A stretch of 38,384 bases of DNA. Source: Candidatus Caldatribacteriota bacterium (GTDB lineage Bacteria; Atribacterota; Phoenicimicrobiia; Phoenicimicrobiales; Phoenicimicrobiaceae). The stretch spans positions 1 through 38,384 of the forward strand of contig JAYEJO010000093.1 of assembly GCA_034660595.1 (NCBI GenBank), written 5' to 3'. Every line of letters begins with the position of its first letter. Positions within the stretch are counted from its first letter, which is position 1. The translations under genes were made by a program, and so were the position numbers. Of the stretch, positions 32,924 through 38,384 are shown piece by piece. The notes under the pieces are model-generated. The model had not been told where the DNA came from, searched no databases, and saw only the letters and a program-made list of their open reading frames with translations.

Positions 32924-33070
32924 TTAAATAAGATATTTACATATACGAGGATATTTAAGAATATCTTATATGGCTCCTGTATTCCAGTGGAGGATTTATT
33001 AGATCGGGAGATAATAGGGGAAACATAATTCTTATTGCAATTTATTATTTCTTTATTTTAAAATGGTTTT

Positions 33071-34270
33071 CTATTCTTTTGTTTTAACCTTCTCGAATGT
33101 TCCAAATTTCATAATTTTTTCATTTTCCATCATAATTTTACCTTTAGCAATAACATGTTTTATTTGAAGAGTGTTCTTATCCAATACTATTAGATCTGCA
33201 TCTTTGCCTTCTTTTATTTCTCCTTTTTGCTCTAATTTTAGATGTTTGGCAATATTCGTAGAACTTACTCTTACTGCGTCTTGTACAGACATTTTTTCTT
33301 TTTTTATTATATCAATAAATTCTTTGTATAAAGAAGAGACTGAAGCAACAGTCATACCAGTAATTTCTTTCTTTTCATTAAATTTAGGCATACTACCATT
33401 TCCATCTGTACTTATAGTAATTCTTTCTATAGAAACTCCATTTCTAACAAGCCTTTTAATAACCTTACTTGGTTTTAATCTTCCATTTAACTCATCCTCT
33501 TCTGGGATCCCAGTAGTTAAATCTATATACCCACCAATTTTACCAAACTCTATAGCACTTTTAAACAAATCTTCATTTCTATTTAAATGGGTTGGCGCAA
33601 ACTGCTCTATTGGTATTTCAGTGTTTTTTGTAATCTCAAATAGTGGATTTAATCCTATCTTTTCGCTTCCTATATGAATATGTACAATGCCCACTTTCCC
33701 TGTTAACATCCCGCCAACTCTTGCCTTAGATGTCACCTTCGTTAATTCATCTACTGTAGTATGAGAAGATCTATGATCTGATAAGGAAATTTTTACTCCA
33801 ATTACTTTATCTATCAACATTATATCAGATAATATATCTCCGGTAATTGTTGGCGAAGGATATTGATAAGCTCCGGTATATATCCATGTACTTATACCTT
33901 CATTTTCCAATCCTTTCGCTTTCATTAAAAGAGCTTTCAATGATCTGGCAAAACCATCTGTGCCTAACAATCCTATTACTGAGGTTATTCCTGCTTTGAT
34001 AAATTCACTTAATTGAATTGGCGGCGTGCGGTATTGGGGGCCACCTTCTCCCCCAGCACCATTAATGTGGACATGTTGATCTATAAAACCAGGAATAACT
34101 ATACACTTTGAAGCATCAATTATTTTTATATTTTTATCTAATGAATTTGCAGCTGACTCTGTAATATTTTGGTCAATTAAAAATATTTTGTTATTTGCAA
34201 TAAGTATATCTTTATTTCCATCATATTCAGGTGAATATATTTCTCCTCTTTTCATTAATATAAAATTCAT
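33071..34270 (-). CDS. iadA: Isoaspartyl (beta-aspartyl) dipeptidase
   Basis: Collinear with E. coli IadA as I recall it: PGFIDQHVHINGAGGEGGP, GITSVIGLLGTDG, GVKISLSDHRSS, THLNRN, STDGNGS, GKDADL. The track start is GTG 34282, inside the GGAGG RBS. The ATG at 34270 is preferred. Confidence 0.9.
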   Translation of the reverse strand: MNFILMKRGEIYSPEYDGNKDILIANNKIFLIDQNITESAANSLDKNIKIIDASKCIVIPGFIDQHVHINGAGGEGGPQYRTPPIQLSEFIKAGITSVIGLLGTDGFARSLKALLMKAKGLENEGISTWIYTGAYQYPSPTITGDILSDIMLIDKVIGVKISLSDHRSSHTTVDELTKVTSKARVGGMLTGKVGIVHIHIGSEKIGLNPLFEITKNTEIPIEQFAPTHLNRNEDLFKSAIEFGKIGGYIDLTTGIPEEDELNGRLKPSKVIKRLVRNGVSIERITISTDGNGSMPKFNEKKEITGMTVASVSSLYKEFIDIIKKEKMSVQDAVRVSSTNIAKHLKLEQKGEIKEGKDADLIVLDKNTLQIKHVIAKGKIMMENEKIMKFGTFEKVKTKE

Positions 34271-34350
34271 TTCAACCTCCACATATTTGTCAACTATTTC
34301 TCAATAATTATTTTAAACTTTCCTAAGCAAAAATAAATAAATCCTACCTT

Positions 34351-35244
34351 TTATTCGCCCACTTTACCTTTTGTAATTTTAGGATTAATTTCTTCCCTTA
34401 ACCAATCTGCTAATAAATTAACACCAAATACTATCAATACCAATGCTATCCCAGGAAAAACAACGAGCCACCATTTTCCAGCATAAATATAATTTTTCCC
34501 TATAGATATCATCATTCCAAGAGACGGCTCATTTATCGGAACTCCTACACCAAGAAAACTTAGTGTAGCCTCCAGCATAACTGCAGCTCCAAAATCGACA
34601 GCAGCAACTACCAATATGGGCGGTATTGCATTAGAAAGAATATGTTTAAACATAATCCTTAAATCATTAGCTCCAATCGCCCTTGCGGCACTAATGTAAT
34701 CCTCTTCTTTTACACCGAGAACGGATCCTCTCATTGTTCTTGCATATCTTACCCAATCAGTAATAATTATAGCTAAGATCACTGTGCCAATACCATGGTT
34801 CTTTAGAATTCCTAAAAATAGCATAGCTATCAAGGTAGTAGAAAAGGAAAATATAGCATCTGCTAATCTCATTGTTACAGCATCTAATAAGCCTCTATAA
34901 AATCCTGCTAAAAGGCCGACAGTCACGCCTACTGTTCCAGCGATAATAATCACGCTAAAACCAACAGTAAATGATGTTCGGCAACCATAAAGTATGGTAC
35001 TTAATATATCTCTTCCTTGATCATCGGTGCCTAAAATAAAGGGAGCTTCTCCGCCTTCCATCCAAATAGGTGGTTTTAGAGAATCCTCTAAATAAAGACC
35101 TTCCATATCATATGGATTTTGCGGAGCAATTATAGGAGCAAAAATAGCCCCGGCTAACATAATTATAAGAATTAAAGAACCTGTTACTGCTGATATATCT
35201 TTAATATAATGATAAAATCTTTTTGATTTAAAAATTCTAATCAC
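34351..35244 (-). CDS. Peptide/nickel-type ABC transporter permease (DppC/OppC-like)
   Basis: 297 aa, about 6 TM helices, N-terminal OppC-type segment (GTDDQGRDILS) and EAA-loop region (ISAARAIGANDLRIMFKHILSNA). The start is GTG with an AGGTG RBS. Confidence 0.9.
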   Translation of the reverse strand: MIRIFKSKRFYHYIKDISAVTGSLILIIMLAGAIFAPIIAPQNPYDMEGLYLEDSLKPPIWMEGGEAPFILGTDDQGRDILSTILYGCRTSFTVGFSVIIIAGTVGVTVGLLAGFYRGLLDAVTMRLADAIFSFSTTLIAMLFLGILKNHGIGTVILAIIITDWVRYARTMRGSVLGVKEEDYISAARAIGANDLRIMFKHILSNAIPPILVVAAVDFGAAVMLEATLSFLGVGVPINEPSLGMMISIGKNYIYAGKWWLVVFPGIALVLIVFGVNLLADWLREEINPKITKGKVGE

Positions 35245-35253
35245 AATTTACAC

Positions 35254-36222
35254 CTATTCATATCTTATTTTAGGATTAATATACCCATATAGAATGTCCA
35301 CAATAAGGTTTGCGCAGAGAATAAGAATAGAAGTAATCATTACGTAGGCAACTATAACTGGATGATCTGTTTCATATACTGCTGTTAGCAATAAATTTCC
35401 TGCCCCAGGCCATTGGAATATACTCTCTGTTACTATCGAAAATGCTATTAATTCCCCAAATTGCAAACCTGCCATTGTTACTACTGGGATAAGCGCATTT
35501 CTTAATGCATGTTTAAATATTATAATTTTTGGTGGCAAGCCTTTTGCCCAAGCAGTTCTTATATAATCCTCTCTTAACACTTCTAACATTCCTCCTCTTG
35601 TTAATCGGAGAAGTACTGCAAGTTGATAAATGCCCAAGGTAAAAGCTGGGAGAATTAAATGCCGAAGACCACCTACTGTCAAAAAGCCAGTTCTCCAGTT
35701 TCCTGCTATTTTTATTACTTCACCCCGCCCAAAGGTAGGCAAAAATCCTAATTTAACTGAAAAAATCATAATAAGTAATATTCCAATTAAAAAAGTAGGA
35801 AGGGAAATTCCAAAAAGTGATCCGGCCATAATAAGCCTATTTATAAAGTATCGAGGATTTAATGATACTAATACTCCAAGACCAATTCCTAATATAAGAG
35901 CTATAAGCATAGCACTAATAGCCAGTTCAATACTTGCTGGTAACCTTTCCAAGATAAGTGCAAGAACAGGAGTCTGAGCAACATAAGATAATCCGAAATC
36001 GCCACGGAGAGCATTCTTCAAAAAAACAAAATATTGAATATAAAAAGGTTTGTCCAAACCCATTTTACTCCTAACTTCTTCCTGCTGCGCCTGTGTAGCA
36101 TAGCGACCTGCTAGGGTAAGCACGGGGTCTCCGAAAAACTGAAAAATACCAAAACACACAAACGAAACAACAAGAAGGACTACAACTCCTTGCATTAATC
36201 TTCTGACAATACATTTATACAT
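35254..36222 (-). CDS. Peptide/nickel-type ABC transporter permease (DppB/OppB-like)
   Basis: 322 aa. The EAA-loop region is EDYIRTAWAKGLPPKIIIFKHALRNALIP. Confidence 0.9.
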   Translation of the reverse strand: MYKCIVRRLMQGVVVLLVVSFVCFGIFQFFGDPVLTLAGRYATQAQQEEVRSKMGLDKPFYIQYFVFLKNALRGDFGLSYVAQTPVLALILERLPASIELAISAMLIALILGIGLGVLVSLNPRYFINRLIMAGSLFGISLPTFLIGILLIMIFSVKLGFLPTFGRGEVIKIAGNWRTGFLTVGGLRHLILPAFTLGIYQLAVLLRLTRGGMLEVLREDYIRTAWAKGLPPKIIIFKHALRNALIPVVTMAGLQFGELIAFSIVTESIFQWPGAGNLLLTAVYETDHPVIVAYVMITSILILCANLIVDILYGYINPKIRYE

Positions 36223-36225
36223 AAT

Positions 36226-36288
36226 AAAATAAAAGGTGGTTGAGGTTAATACTGACTAACATAATTAAAAATTATTAGCCTCAACCAC
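36226..36288 (-). terminator. Intra-operon stem-loop / partial terminator after the binding-protein gene
   Basis: Minus strand reads GTGGTTGAGG-33 nt-CCTCAACCAC followed by CTTTTATTTTATT. Confidence 0.45.
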
Positions 36289-36299
36289 TATTTTGCCCC

Positions 36300-37853
36300 C
36301 TATTTCTTAAGTGAAATTTCTTTGAAAAGTATCCAGGTGTCTGCCCGAGGTGTAAACTCTATACCTCGTCCTTTGTAAACAGCATATGAATCTTCTTGAT
36401 AGTGAAGGGGAATAATCGCTATCTTATCATTCATAGCAATTCTGTTTAATAGCCTTAACTTATCCGCCCTTACTTTGGGATCGACTATTAGGGCTGATTC
36501 TTCGAGAAGCTTATCCAATGTTGCATCACTATATTCAGCACCGTTCAAACCGCCATAACCTTTCTCTACATTAACGCTATGTATTAATTTGGTAAAAGAA
36601 CGGCCATAATCATAAGATCCGTCAAACCACCCTATCAGATAGAAATCCAGTATATGTTCATCTAATTCAGGGAAGAAGATTGCTTTTGGCTTAGTATCAA
36701 GCTCTACTTTAATTCCAACTTTTGAAAGTTGCTTTGCTACTGCCTCACAAATCTGTGCATCTCGAACATATCTGTCATTGGGACCAGTAAGTTTTATATT
36801 AAAACCATCGGAATATCCCGCTTCAGCAAGCAATAATTTCGCCCTTTCAGGATCGTAAGCTGGACGTTTAAGCGAAGAATCATAACCAACGGTTGGTGGA
36901 TCTGGAATCTGAGCAGCTGGAAATGCATGTCCGAACATTACCTTTTCAATTATCTCATCTTCATTGATTGCCAAGTATATTGCTTTTCTTACTCTAATAT
37001 CACTGGCTGGAAAACCCGGTTCGTTTCTAAGACCTAAATATATAGCTCTTCTCGCAGGACGAGTAACTACTTCTATATTAGCATTACTCGCAACGGTTTC
37101 AAAAAGTTCGACAGGTACATCCTGCAGAATATCTACTTGTCCGGTTGCAATAGCAGCTAAACGGGTAGATGGTTCCGTAATCGGAGTAATTACGGCATTC
37201 TTAATCGAAGGTGCTTCACCCCAATAATTTTCATTTGCGGTTAATTTAAGATAAGAGCCCTTTACCCATTCAACAAATTTATAAGGACCGGTTCCAATTG
37301 GGTTTTGTCCTATCTCTCCAATAGAACGGGATTCAGTAGATTCCTTATCCATAATAAAGACTTGATGTAGGTTTTGCACAAAGTAAGGAATCGGTATTGT
37401 TGTTTTTACATTTATGGTCCATGGATCGCCATTAACTGTTTCAACCGATTTTATTATTCCTCCAAAGGCTAAAAATTCTGACACTGGATAGGGTTCTTTT
37501 AATCTATTGAATGTAAATTTGACATCCTCCCAGGTAAAATCGTTACCATTGTGAAATTTTACTCCCTTTCTTAGGGTAAATCGCCAGGTTGTATCATCTG
37601 TTCTTTCCCAAGAAGTTGCTAATCCAGGCTTAAGTTCACCTGCGGCATCCCTGTATAAAAGACCTTCAAATATATTACCCATCACAGAAAGATTACAATC
37701 AGAGTCTGATCCGTGAGGATTCATAGTTTGTGGAGGTGAACCTACTGCAACATTTATACTATCTTTGCCGGCAGCAATTCCACCCACAAAAACAGTCATG
37801 ATCAATCCTAAAACTAAAAGCAAAATAACAATAATAGATGTTAATTTTTTCAT
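36300..37853 (-). CDS. ABC transporter substrate-binding protein, family 5 (DppA/OppA-like)
   Basis: 517 aa with an N-terminal signal/anchor helix and no lipobox Cys, and SBP_bac_5-type sequence throughout. RBS is AGGAGG. Confidence 0.9.
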   Translation of the reverse strand: MKKLTSIIVILLLVLGLIMTVFVGGIAAGKDSINVAVGSPPQTMNPHGSDSDCNLSVMGNIFEGLLYRDAAGELKPGLATSWERTDDTTWRFTLRKGVKFHNGNDFTWEDVKFTFNRLKEPYPVSEFLAFGGIIKSVETVNGDPWTINVKTTIPIPYFVQNLHQVFIMDKESTESRSIGEIGQNPIGTGPYKFVEWVKGSYLKLTANENYWGEAPSIKNAVITPITEPSTRLAAIATGQVDILQDVPVELFETVASNANIEVVTRPARRAIYLGLRNEPGFPASDIRVRKAIYLAINEDEIIEKVMFGHAFPAAQIPDPPTVGYDSSLKRPAYDPERAKLLLAEAGYSDGFNIKLTGPNDRYVRDAQICEAVAKQLSKVGIKVELDTKPKAIFFPELDEHILDFYLIGWFDGSYDYGRSFTKLIHSVNVEKGYGGLNGAEYSDATLDKLLEESALIVDPKVRADKLRLLNRIAMNDKIAIIPLHYQEDSYAVYKGRGIEFTPRADTWILFKEISLKK

Positions 37854-38085
37854 TTTATCCTCCTGATATAATTTTTATTTTATTTATAAGTGAATTGATT
37901 TGAATTATAATGTATTCGCATCAATCACAACTGAACAATAAATAAATATTTTTCCTTACACCCCCCTTTTTTTTCTTTAGCACAGAATCATTTTTACCCT
38001 ATTTTAACCATGGCAACACCCCTCAATGTTGATATCCAAACATCTATTCATTTCCTTACATCCTAACATCTTATATGAGTTATAA

Positions 38086-38307
38086 TTACACTGCTACAAC
38101 TTCTTTTACTTCAGGAATTTCTTCCTTTAATGCTCTGCCAATACCCATTTGTAGAGTCATCTCTCTCATGGGACAACCCGCACAGGCACCGGTTAATTTT
38201 ACTTTTACTACTCCATCTGGAGTCACTTCTACCAATTCAACATCTCCACCATCTGCTTGAAGAGATGGTCTTATCTTCTCTAAAGCTGTCTCTACTCTTT
38301 CTTTCAT
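38086..38307 (-). CDS. NifU C-terminal-domain (Nfu-like) Fe-S cluster carrier protein
   Basis: 73 aa reading LEKIRPSLQADGGDVELVEV..DGVVKVKLTGACAGCPM. RBS is AGGAGG. Confidence 0.8.
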   Translation of the reverse strand: MKERVETALEKIRPSLQADGGDVELVEVTPDGVVKVKLTGACAGCPMREMTLQMGIGRALKEEIPEVKEVVAV

Positions 38308-38384
38308 TACTTCCTCCTAAAAATAAATTATTGATTACACAGATTAACATAACTACAAATCTGATTTCCTCAACTTTAACTAAA

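Noticed and set aside
32740-33070. I looked for a small ORF or structured RNA in the 331-bp spacer upstream of the megaprotein gene.
   Set aside because: It contains only a 10-codon ORF (MAPVFQWRIY) without an RBS and one loose inverted repeat (taagatatt..aatatctta). The sequence is very AT-rich, and nothing rises above background.
23102-38260. Plus-strand ORFs 23102..23527, 25914..26123, 28448..28696, 32048..32233, 33171..33677, 35630..35977, 36964..37227 and 38075..38260.
   Set aside because: Each lies wholly within a stronger minus-strand CDS. The translations are low-complexity and lack motifs.

Overview
AT-rich bacterial chromosomal segment. It encodes a type-A RNase P RNA and a class III (anaerobic) ribonucleotide reductase; I cannot assign the lineage by eye. 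Every credible gene is on the minus strand. All plus-strand ORFs in the track look like antisense shadows.

Gene order in the direction of transcription (right to left):
- a NifU-like gene
- a peptide-type ABC binding protein, two permeases and isoaspartyl dipeptidase, with no ATPase genes
- an orphan 1,646-aa megaprotein (HD, helical repeats, NadD-like, GNAT-like, PRTase-like)
- an operon of an LDH-fold protein, a Cys-cluster flavoprotein and rlmN
- tRNA(CAU)
- a COG1579 zinc-ribbon protein
- rnpB
- a dcw cluster: mraZ-rsmH-ftsL-ftsI | murE-murF-mraY | ftsW-murG | murC-murB | ftsQ-ftsA-ftsZ. murD and ddl are absent, and large repeat-filled spacers sit at the breaks.
- nrdR
- nrdD, a thioredoxin-like gene and nrdG
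- a tandem glycine riboswitch with terminator, directly upstream of a YfiH/PgeF-family gene that is cut by the window edge

I found no CRISPR array, cas gene, transposase, integrase or rRNA.

The four signals most worth a second look:
1. The uncharacterised multi-enzyme megaprotein and its neighbouring oxidoreductase operon.
2. The glycine riboswitch wired to pgeF.
3. A dispersed family of 7-nt-periodic (STRR-like) repeat arrays. They fill nearly every long intergenic spacer, often as inverted pairs around REP-like GC-rich hairpins.
4. A ~55-nt module shared by the mraZ and riboswitch/pgeF upstream regions.

All domain calls come from reading motifs by eye. No searches were run.
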